From Marsupella aquatica (lineage: Eukaryota > Plantae > Marchantiophyta): DNA of 64,000 bases. Positions 25,201 through 36,200 of the stretch are shown piece by piece (within the stretch, counting starts at the first letter, position 1; the number at the start of each line of letters is the position of its first letter). The position numbers and the translations under genes were made by a program. The stretch covers positions 19,258,805-19,322,804 of the forward strand of contig OZ316894.1 in the NCBI GenBank assembly GCA_973895155.1, given 5' to 3'. The notes under the pieces were generated by a model. It was not told where the DNA came from. It saw only the letters and a list, made by a program, of their open reading frames with translations, and made no database searches.

Positions 25201-25989
25201 ATGGATCCTGCTGTATTCAGTTCTCGGTACATGTAGACAATACGAGAGCTATGAGAGAACGGACAACTCTAACCAGGTAAAGCGAAGTGACGATCACGGG
25301 TCGGACATGGAAACTGCATTAGTCATCGAAGTAAGGTGGAACCACGCGAGCGAAATCAAGAGAGGAATTTTGAACAAAACTCTGGAAGTCGAAATATGGT
25401 AGATACTGAAGATGACTTCTCATTCACCGAACAGAGCTGCCCATCGTCAACAATAGCAATGCCAAAAGGATGACAATATACAGCCGAGTCATAGGTTGAG
25501 CATTGCAAGTCCAATTTATTGAAGAAACGATTATACTCCCAATGTGGAAGAACGAAAAGATGCCTTTGCAAACCTCCCACTACAACCCCAGCCCAGGTTT
25601 GCCAGAAGCTGTCAATTGGTACTCTTACCGTTGGACGGATACCTTAACACTAGCGCCAGCAACTCCAAAGTGACCTCGTCTTCGACTTCAGAAGATCTCC
25701 AGGCTTCAAAAGTTTCTCGCAAAGAAGAATCCGTGCACCTGATAGCTCCTTGCACGCACCTTAGGCTATACAAGATACTAGCGCGAACAGGGTTTCTGTA
25801 CCCAGATTGTCATGTAAGTATGCACAGGAAGGGTTCTTGTACCCAGATTCCCATGCCCATTCTTAGTGCAAGGCACTGTCTAAATAGCATTTTTTGTCAT
25901 CAAAGAAATTGTAATCTATGACTTCACTCCACTTCAAAAGCATAGTCTAGATATCAAAACTTTTTGTTGCCAGAGAAATTGTAACCTAC

Positions 25990-26390
25990 TCCACTCTACT
26001 GAATAGGTCATGAATGGGAGAGCTTGAATTATAGTAGAGATGCTTGCCAAAGAAAGAAGGTGGTGGACGGCTTCACTCTACTGAGTAGGTCATGAATGGG
26101 AGAGTTTGAATTATAGTAGAGATGCTTGCCAAAGAAAGAAGGTGGTGGACGGCTTCACTCCCCTGAGTAGGTGATGAATGGTACACTTTGAATTATAGAA
26201 TAGATGTTGCCAAAGGTGGTGGACGGCTTCACTCTCCCGAGTAGGTGCTGAATGGTAGACTTTTAATTATAGAATAGATGCTTGCCAAAGGCAAAACGTG
26301 GTGGACGGCTTCACTCTCCCGAGTAGGTGATGAATGGTAACTTTGAATTATAGAATAGATGCTTGCCAAAGGAAAAAGGTGGTGGACTCC
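25990..26390. repeat. Minisatellite, ~75-82 bp x5, just 3' of the fibrillin gene
   Basis: 'gagtaggt(c/g)atgaatgg...ttgaattatag(t/a)atagatgcttgccaaag...ggtggtggacggcttcactc' repeated. Confidence 0.85.
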
Positions 26391-26494
26391 AGTCCGAGGA
26401 GCCGAGTGTGCCAATGCTTCAGCTCTAGTACAGATCTCACAGACAATCTACAAACACGAAAAAAAGGTTTTCCTACTACAGTGAACAGCTTCAA

Positions 26495-28636
26495 TCAAGC
26501 CCTTTCCAGAACAAATACATTCCCTTTGTCGTCCCTGCCTACCCTCAGCGTTTCATCCACATATCTTTCCATCAATACGTTAAGGAAAAATCTTCTCCGT
26601 TCTACATTCAGAAAACAGGGAGCCGCCGTACAAATACGAACATACAATTCTACTGGTGCAGGTGACAAAACCCATGCTTTCAATCTTCCAAAAGATGCGC
26701 TGCCTCGACTTGATAAAAAATGAATTTCAAGGATACGTGATTTCAAGCCACCCTTCCGGGTTAAATATTCCCAAAAGCATATCGTAGTTTTTCTTGAATA
26801 GGGAAAAAAGCTGCACACAATGCAACAGGTTGTAAACGTTCAATGATTCAGCTGTGAATAAAACTCGGATCTTTTGCACTCATCTCTCTTCCTCGGTTGA
26901 CAAGGCAGCATTGGCGGTACTCATACCCGTTCTGGCGAGATAGATGACGTCTCAAATTGGATGTCGACGCGCTGCATTTGAAAAACCATGAAAACATCTT
27001 AGAAGTGATGACATAAGAAAGCTTGTAAAATGTGAGTTTCCGAAAAAATAGGTTGAGGACGATAGCAAGACGAATTTAAACCCAACGGTAGGAGCTGCTC
27101 AACACCAAAAAAATGCTTCCTCAATTACACAATCTTGCAAGACAGTGAAACCAAATCATGTCAGGTAATATTTTATGTGATATAAAACATCATACCGTTG
27201 GCGAGGTCACATGATATGCTGCCTTGATGGTCAGTGCTCCTTTCAGCATGCCAAGACCCGCAACATTGAAGCCTATCTTGTTGACTGCTGTACTCTGCAC
27301 TAGACTCAATTGCGATTAGTCAGTCAGCTAAGTATCCCCGGAATCAAATTATTGCAGCTATTTCTTGGAATGAGACGCATTGTCAACAACAACCTAGTCA
27401 GCATGAAATTCAGGCCTACCTGCTCCACATCAATGATCTGAAGAAACTCGCCTAATGAGACGAAATCTCTAAGCCCCAGCTTCGTCCGCTTCACACCTAG
27501 GATACATATGGTGCTGTATAGCAACCTCCACTCGCCTTTCACCTAACACGCTTCAGTCAGACTTAGCTTCAGATAATTCATGTTGTGCACCTTTTGGACG
27601 GACTGACTCTCACAGGAAAGCTGATACTTCTTGAGCATCATATGCATTAGTTAATGCTTCTACCATGATTCCTTGTCCATGACAACAATTGCTTCCCACA
27701 AGTGAGCTTCAAAAGGTTGATTGCCATTTCCCCAAAAAATACTCAAGCTAAGAGAAGTGAGTGAGAACTCAGAATTATTGTCTAATTAATTTTGTTGTAA
27801 TTACCTCCCAGAAAAGTTTCTGTGAATTGCAATTGCATGAGGCAACCACAAAACCAGCTAAAGGTTCTGATATGAAGAGATCCTTTACCGTGTCCAGATG
27901 TTCAGTAGGCCTGGGAGATGGATTTAATGCCTCGAGCGCCTCCAGCAGATCCTCAATTTCAGCCTTCTTTTGAGAAGGCACTCCAAAAATGCCCCTGTTT
28001 ACACCTATGAAAAGAAACGGACCATATCAAGTACATCAACTCCTAGATCTTCTCAAGACAGCGGAATAGAATCGACAGTCAGAGGAATTCAGTAATTGCA
28101 ACCTGCATTGCACGGGCCAGACTCTGTCTGAGTGAGTGATATCATCAACCGCGACGAATTACTTCCGTCATTGTGCCCACAAAGAAATCGATTCCACTCG
28201 CGCAAATTCCTTCGACTTCAAACCTCAAACAAAAACTATCGATACGTAATCATACACGACCTAATCCGTCAACGATTTCGCAAAGCCAAAACACTCCTCC
28301 ACTCGCCAAAATGGATTCATTCATACTGCCATTCGTTCCCGTCTCACCTTCCAAAGCGCCCATTAGAGCGGACTTAACGTCTTGAACGCTGGCGCCATTT
28401 GCAGTCCGAGAGCACATACAGAATGCGGAGTCCTTCCGATGCCTCGCAGGCGTTGTGCTGCCGTGTCCATTGCTCGCGGCTGGATGCGCAGCACCGAGAG
28501 AATAGAAGCTCGTGCCGCTGCAGCCCACGAGGGCCCGGACGCCTGTCCCCCTGCTGCTACTTGCGCAGAGATTCGCTTGCGCGACGTCGTGAACGATGGG
28601 AGCTATGGATATTGCAGCGAGCCGGTGGACAGCCAT
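26495..28636 (-). CDS. FBN5: Plastid fibrillin / PAP_fibrillin protein (FBN5/PAP7-like)
   Basis: Exons at about 28636-28348 (Ser/Ala/Arg-rich transit-like peptide, [12 protein letters not shown]), 28004-27888 ([32 protein letters not shown]), 27542-27419 ([29 protein letters not shown]), 27295-27196, 26972-26926, 26812-26751 ([18 protein letters not shown]) and 26565-26495 ([21 protein letters not shown]). Confidence 0.85.
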
Positions 28637-29542
28637 GTGTGCATTCAAGCAGCCCACAAGGTTTCGAAGACAAATCATCGGCGTCACGCCATCAATTCCG
28701 AACGGAGAATTGCGGCACCCAGAAGCTATGGTGATTCGAGCTCTGGAGCGCATTTAGAGCTCACATCCCGATCCTGTACTGGACGATTACTGTACTGCTG
28801 GGCATGCGATTCAAACGTGGCCACAGATAATTGGTGCTGCCGAGGTTAATTATGTATATCGTAACTTAATATATTAACTTAATATTTAAAATAAATAAAT
28901 TCCGGGGCATTATTAGGGAGGAAAATGAAGCCTAGATAGACCTCTAGGTTTGTCAAAATGCTCCAATGTATTTTTGCAACTCAGATGGACTTAGTTGTAT
29001 TCACAATGTGACAGGGAATATTCTCAATTAGTCCATCCCAATTCTATGGTTTCTATTTACAGTCCATGGGAGCATCATTTTCATTAGGGAGGCTAATTAT
29101 GTATATAATTGTTTTGTGATTTTCTTGTGCATTATTAAGGAGTCTCAGGTGGACCTTAACTCCCTACAGTAGTTAAGAGTTTTGGACACAAAAAGTTATG
29201 AACTATGAAATTTTTAATCCATGTTTGCCATAGTAAGGATTGGTCTTATGCCATAACCATTAGTCACTCTAGAGGCTGGTGACAGAAAAGCACAAAGAAC
29301 TTTTACATAACCGTGTGAAAGAATTGTGACCATTCCTTTATGGCCAAAAGTAGTCATCCCTAATTTTGAAGCTTTGAGACACCCTATAGGGGAGAAATTA
29401 CGGATGATGGTTATACGTCAAAAAGTGAATGGCCATAACTTTTTATGAGGTTATGTATAAATTTATCTTATTTTCACTAGTCTCTGTAGTGACTAATGAT
29501 AATGACATAAAACCAATCTTTGTGGCAAAAAGTTATGGACTA

Positions 29543-29678
29543 GCCCAGAGAGGAATGACTTTGTGGTAACTCACTTCAATAGAGACTAATAGATATTGGG
29601 TTCAACTATTGTGGCTGACTCTTCCCTTCCTCTGGGGTTTCACAGATTTTCCCTAAATAAAAAAGAAATAAAAAAAGG
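29543..29678 (+). mobile_element. Short SINE-like retroposon, copy 2
   Basis: Same 5' start (GCCCAGAGAGG) as the copy at 9460, an A-rich tail, and a 13-bp TSD AAGTTATGGACTA (29530-29542, 29679-29691). Confidence 0.8.
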
Positions 29679-30139
29679 AAGTTATGGACTATGAATTTGG
29701 TACTCTGCACTTAACCCATAAATACAAAGTTAAGGTCCATAAATTCTGAGCTTGGAGATACCCTATTGAGAAAGTAAGCATAGATAGACCGAGGGGTTTG
29801 TTTTGCCAATCCCCCGTTGACTGTGACACACATTCCTTCACTTTATACCCAAAAGTCACACTGTCCAGCTCTTCTTTGGATATACATTCCACTTTTGAGA
29901 AGGACGCCCCAAGTAGTTTTTCCAGTTGTCTCAATCAACCATAAAATGCTGGTTTTTACTAGCTTTGTGCGTTGATTTGGAAAACTTTTGGATCTTTGTT
30001 TAAGTTCAAAGTATTCCAACATGTTTTCTAATGTCCAAATATATTATTTGACACACTTTCAGATTTTTCTGAGATCATTTCTTCCATTGCCAATGAGTGC
30101 AAAGATGGTCGAATAGTGTAAACTAATTGCCATATAGTA

Positions 30140-30725
30140 TAGCATGTTCATCTTGGAACATGCTTATTTTTTTTGTTTTTTAGTGATATGCAAGTGTTCT
30201 AATTAAAATATAAACAGTACATTGACTACATTGACTAGGAAGACGTATAGTCTATGATATTTGAAACTTTTGCACATAAGGTACAAGAGTAAAAGTACAC
30301 ATATAAAGAAAACTAATAATGAATAGGAAAGTTTAAGTTTATGATATTGGGATGTGCACATAATGTACATGAGTAGAGATACTTATGTACTTACTTTAGG
30401 TAATGCCACTCAAAATAATTAAAACCATAAATTTAGGACACAAAACCCTGAGTAGTACTTAAAGACACAAGGTGTGCACTTTATTTAGATAATTTCTTCT
30501 GCACTCATAAGAATAAGGGCTAGAAATTACACGAGCTTTGTTAAAGGGTGGATGATCTTAAATATAACAAAGATTTAAAAAAATTAGAGGGGTGCCAGAA
30601 TAAATTTGAAATCTAAACTATACAAGGGATGCACCTTGGTAAGACACATTGAAATAAAAATGCATAACAAAAGAAGTTTGAATAAGACAAAATACTGAAA
30701 GTTGCATTCACCATATAGCAACATC
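30140..30725 (-). repeat. AT-rich dispersed repeat; uninterrupted inverted homolog of the copia insertion site
   Basis: Its reverse complement aligns by eye with 41939-42027 plus 51692-52622. It contains the empty site 'gtcttACCAAggtgcatccc' (rc of about 30626-30645). Confidence 0.85.
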
Positions 30726-32645
30726 AAAAAAATTACTGCAAAGATGGTGGAATAATGTAAACTAATTTCCAACAGATGCTTCAGTTTTGTGAATGATGCC
30801 ATGAGGACTTGGACACAAGCACGGTCTACTTACCACTTTATGGAAGGACTTTTCACTTTTGTAAAGGACGCCCTGAGTGGTTTGTGTGGAGTTGCGACTT
30901 ACAAGTGTGTAGAATAATGAAAACCAGTTGCGAACGGCCCGGAGCCGGTCTACAGGTCACATTGAAGTCAAAACTGTAAAAAGTGCTATCCAAGCTAGCA
31001 TTGTTGATATTTTGTTCATTTATACCTAGCATTGTTGATATTGTTAATCAATGTTTATAACCCAAGGTTTTAAATTTATGGGGGCTTTAGAGCAAACCCC
31101 TTGGTCCATTGAGGCTTCACACTCCATTAATTAGTGGAGTGATTTCCCCCCTGTAATATTCAGGGCATTATTGAAGCGATTTTCATTTTGTAATTTTCAG
31201 GGCATTATTGGGGAAGGAGAAACTGAAGCCAGGATGGACCCCGGGATGGATGACCATGTTGGACAAAGTGCTTCCATGGACCACATTTTGGTGGTCCATA
31301 GGAGTTTGGGACCCATATCTTGATAATGATGTGTCCTAGAATAATTTCTAGATTTTTACCTGCAAGGCAACTAGGGAAGGAGGAGAAATAAAAAAATAGA
31401 AGCCCAAATTTTTCACGTTAACACTGTGAAAATTAATCTCAAGAAACTTATCCCTCTGCATTTCATGATGAAAACCTCAACCAAAGTGGCCAAAACTTCA
31501 CCTGTCAATCTCCATTTGAAAATATTAAGTCATTACAATTAAACTCAAATTTTGGGAAATGCAGTCCATGGGGCCCTAAAAATACAGAGAATAATGCCCG
31601 GTCAATATTTGGATCACCTCTTTTGGAATTTTCTCCTTACTTCCAGTAGTTAGTAAAATAAAAATCTCTCAGGCTCTAAGTGTATTAAGGCCTTGTTTCC
31701 CAAGCGTTATGGGCAGTAATAGCCACTCAACTACAGTTGAAACAACTGCTTTTCTGGGCATTATATGGGCAGTAATAGCCACTCAAATCTACAGTTGAAA
31801 CAACTGCTTTTCTGGGAACTATATCTCACAATTCCCTCTAAAGAAGACAGTGCTATATGCTTATTGCCCTGAGTAATTTTTGGCTTTGTGATTTGGGGGC
31901 ATTATCAGAGAAGAATGTATATAGAAACTTAATGCTCTTTGTGATTTTTCCGTTTGTAATTCCAGGGGCATTATTGGAGAAGAATGTATATAGTAACTTT
32001 ACGCCTTTCCCAGTTTTTCCCTTTGTAATTGTCCGGGCATTGTTGGAGAAGAATACACTCAAGATATATTTTAGTGAAAGTAGAGGAAGCACTCTAGAAT
32101 ATTTTGGTAGTTTTTATCCAAAAATTTAATATGATTGGTTTCTTCTGCTAATAGGGATGACACTATGGTGTTTGTCGTAACAACGAACAAACTGTCTATG
32201 TGGCATGGGCAGACTGAAATAATGTAACTACATGTTACTAATAAAGCATGAATGATGCAAAGCTAGTTTTCAAGGCTATGGTCTAGAGCGAAAACTACAC
32301 CATAAATGGGGACAAAACTGAAAGTGAGGTGGACATAAAATAGGGATGGGGCAAAGATGAACGAGAAATATCATAGGATTAACTTTTTTTGCTGGAACTT
32401 TTTTTGCCTCAATCTCTATTTACTTTCAAGAAAAACTTGTTATAAGTCTTAGGTTTATGTGTGTCGGTGGCGCGGGTTTTGTTTTGTATGTAGTGGATGG
32501 AGTTCTGATTATCTCAATCTTTATTTACTATCAGGAGAAACAGGTATAACGTTTGTGTGATAATAAGTCTTAGCTATATGTGTGTGGGTGACATGGGAGT
32601 TCTGATTATCTACCCCCCGTTTGTACACTTTGTGGCTGATTTATC

Positions 32646-32685
32646 CCTCCCTCCCTCCCTCCCTCCCTCCCTCCCTCCCTCCCTC
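32646..32685. repeat. (CCCT)n microsatellite
   Basis: About 10 perfect CCCT units. Confidence 0.95.
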
Positions 32686-33268
32686 CTGGTGGGTCCCTCT
32701 AAGGTCTATGGGGCTCACCCTGAATTGGGTTCCCTAGAATGTGGGTTGGGGAAGTCCCTCTCATTTCGTTTCAAGACAAAGAAAATCAAGTCTTAGCTTA
32801 GAGTACACACTAGAGTAGGTCAGGCCTCTAAGAAACTATTCTTCGTCAGGAGCGCACACTTCAGTAGGCAAGGAACTTGGAGCTGCCTGAGCTCTCGTGA
32901 GCTTGGAGCTGCCTTGCTGTTTTTCATAGTTCACCCATTTCCACGTTTCTTTAGACTGTTGCATCATACTTTTTAGTTTCGAATTTGAGAATCTGGACTG
33001 CCTGATTTCGAGTTTCGAACGCTTCATTGCTCTGGTGCTGGATTATGGGTCTCAGTCGTGACAGTCCACTTCCCCTGATTGTGGTACAATCTAAGTTGCG
33101 AGCGGTGGGTGTCGAATCTTAATTGCTTGTGCAACTCGAGAATGTGTATCATGGGGTAATTGGAGTGAAGGCATCTGAGTGCGAGAATGGATGCGATCTA
33201 AATTCTGGCTATGTTGAAACAACTATGCCAGGACAAGGAGGGTAGTAGCACAAGGTCTTGGGTATCCA

Positions 33269-36200
33269 ATGGCTCTTCTGAAAAGAGCGGACCTCACCAG
33301 GTTTCAGAATTACATTAAGGGTGGAAATTATGAGCCGGCACTCAAATTGGCTGAGAAATTTGGGCTGGACACGGACGATGTCTACAAGCCGCAATGGATG
33401 GCATCCAATTTTGGGACTGAAGCCATTCGAGGTGTCTTGGCACGAGTGGAAGATGCAGAGTGGGTTGTGGCGGATTGTGTGAAAACAGTCTGCCCAAGTT
33501 TCGAAGCGATGAGTGCGTTGCTTTCCTGTGGGCTGAGGTTCAGTGAACGCTATGTCTATCCTGAAAATGGGATTGCTTCTCTGGATGGAGGGGCTGCCGT
33601 TGATAAAGGTTGGTGGTTCAGATTCAAACGTCTGAGACTACTGCAGTACAAAGACAGACTTGATACTTTTCTGGCAATTAACAATGGAAGGTGAGTTAGT
33701 TCATTTCGGAGTATTGCTAAAGTAGATGCATCTTCCTTGCCCTAAGTTGGCATAGCGTGTGCAATGAATTAGGGTACCCAGTGATCGTCTGTGGCCCATT
33801 TTCTCGCTATAATCGTCCACTTTTTTATGTACAGCTCTACGCGTTGTGAATTCCAAGTGTTGTAGTTGCAGCGTGGTCGTTTTTTCTCTGCACTGTCTTA
33901 TAGAACGCCTTCGACTTGGTTTTTCTCACAGATATTCCCAGAATGACTACAAGATCTTCCGGTCAGCACCCTTGCATGAAGTTGCATTTGGGTTTGCTGA
34001 AAGAGGGAAGACGGGGCCTTTATTTCTACTTTTTAAGCGGCACACGTATTCCCTTGCGCCTTACATATTGCAGCTCTTAGATGCAATACCAGAAGCTCTA
34101 CCTCCTCGAACCTACAGCCAATTGCTGCCTGACAGCTCTCCACCAAAACTGTTTCTGCCGCGCAATAGTGAAGACTGGGTCGAGAAAGATGAGACACTGA
34201 AAGCAGCAAAGGCTGGTAAAAGAGGTTCACATCAGGGCGAAGACTTAAATCTAGAAGACAGCACTGAGTGTATGGTTAGGCTATCCAAGGGTCTAGTATG
34301 GCCCAAAAAGAAGGAGATTGTTGATTGGTACAAAGCACGTGCGAGAGAGATTGATAGGAGCTGTGGGTTGCTTGAAAACAGTCTCTCACTACTGGATTTT
34401 GGTGTACTCAAAGGATTCACTGAATTAGAAATTCCTTTGGAGGATGTTTCGGATTTGCATGGACTTGTATTTTCCAGCGACGCTATTGATAGTGAGGCTG
34501 ACCTGAAACTTTCTGATTGGGAAGGGTATAGCAAGTATGAGAAATTCAAGATCATCCTCAGTGGGGTTACGGAGGAAACTGCGGTGGACAGACTGAGAGA
34601 ACAAGCTATCCCTTTCATGACCAGGCATGAAACGTTGGCTTCTCCTGTGCACAATGCTAGAGCTGTTGAGAATACTGATCATTATTCAGAATCTTTCCTG
34701 ATCCGATGGCTCAAAGAGACGGCAAAGGAGAACAAGTTGAGAATCTGCTCAGCTATTTTAGCTGAGTGCTGTAAGGAACAACGAGACAGTAGTCTTTTCA
34801 GTAGTGACGAGGAGCTTATCAGCGTTGTATTATTTTGTATATATGCTTACAGCCGTACAGATGAGTGGTCCTTAATGTCCTCGATGTTGACTAGACTACC
34901 TGGAAGAGAAGTGAGACTCAAGGAACCAAGTACAATGACGGTTGTTGAGGATGGGCAAGGAGCAAGGGGCTTGAGGAAGGGTTTCATGAAGGCTTTTCGG
35001 GGTGCAGTTGGTGGTAAGACGGGGGATCTGCAGATGACCATGGCATCTCTCAAAGGGAATGTTGATGAATCACACCCGTTGTCTCTTGGAAGCAGTGATA
35101 TTCCTTCCGCTTTGTCAGAAGCAATTGAAATGCAAGTTAGACAAGCTGAAGGTCATGTGGAGGCAGGAGAGCTGCTTCTACAATATCAGGTGACATTTTG
35201 TCCATTTATACCTTCCTTCTGTGCACTGTAGGGATGTATAGATAATTTATGCGTTTTACTCTCAATGTCATTTGGCGAGAAACTGGGTTGGTCAAATAAC
35301 TTCTGTCTTCTTAATTTCCTTTTGCTCTTAAGCTTACGTGACAAGTGACATATTATTCAGAGATGGTCTTAAGGATCTAGTGTTGATGATCTCATTGTTC
35401 TATGCTTGCCAAACAGGTTCCCAAGCCTATCAGCTTTTTCCTCACTTGCAAAGAAGACGTTAATGGCACAAAGCAGCTTCTGCGCATTCTACTTCTAAAG
35501 TTCTCAAACAAAGAGCAGGCAAAATCCGACAGTGGATGGGCTTTGTTATGGCGAAACCTACGGACACTACAAGAAAAAGCATTTCCGTTTCTTGAAAAGG
35601 AGTATTTGCTCTCTGAGTTGTGTCAGGGAATACTGAAAGCCGGAAAGCTCTCCTTGGCTAAGAATTATTTGAAGGGTACAGGCACGACCGCTTTGCGGCC
35701 AGAAAAGGCAGAAAAGTTGGTACTGAACGCTGCACGGGAGTACTTCTACTCGGCTCCAGACTTGGAATCCTCTGCTGTACGTACTTTCTGTTCAGAGTTA
35801 CAGTCTGACCTCATATACCCTAAATGTGAAGGGCACCTGAGTGTTTTGCTGTAGCTTGGGGTCTTAGTTAAAATTGGATTCGCTATTGTGGTTGTAAAGA
35901 ACGTCTGAAGTTTTTTGATCTATGGCCAAGATATGTAGGCACTAATTCTGTGGGTAAGGCCTCTCGTCAGGAAATGCACGAAAATCGAATTTTTGTTACG
36001 ACATACCATCTTGATGAATTTTGTGGGATCGTTTTGTTGCAGATTGGAAAAGCAAAACAATGCCTGAATCTTCTACCAGCAAGCACCCAATTGACGGCAG
36101 AAATGAATCTGATCAATGCAATCACAGAGCAGCTTCCTTATTTGGGGGTGACTCTCTTGCCTGTCCAGTTTCGCCAATTGAAGAACAGTATGGAAGCTGT

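Noticed and set aside
28382-28849. Plus-strand ORFs overlapping FBN5 exon 1
   Set aside because: Shadow ORFs of a GC-rich coding exon on the opposite strand.
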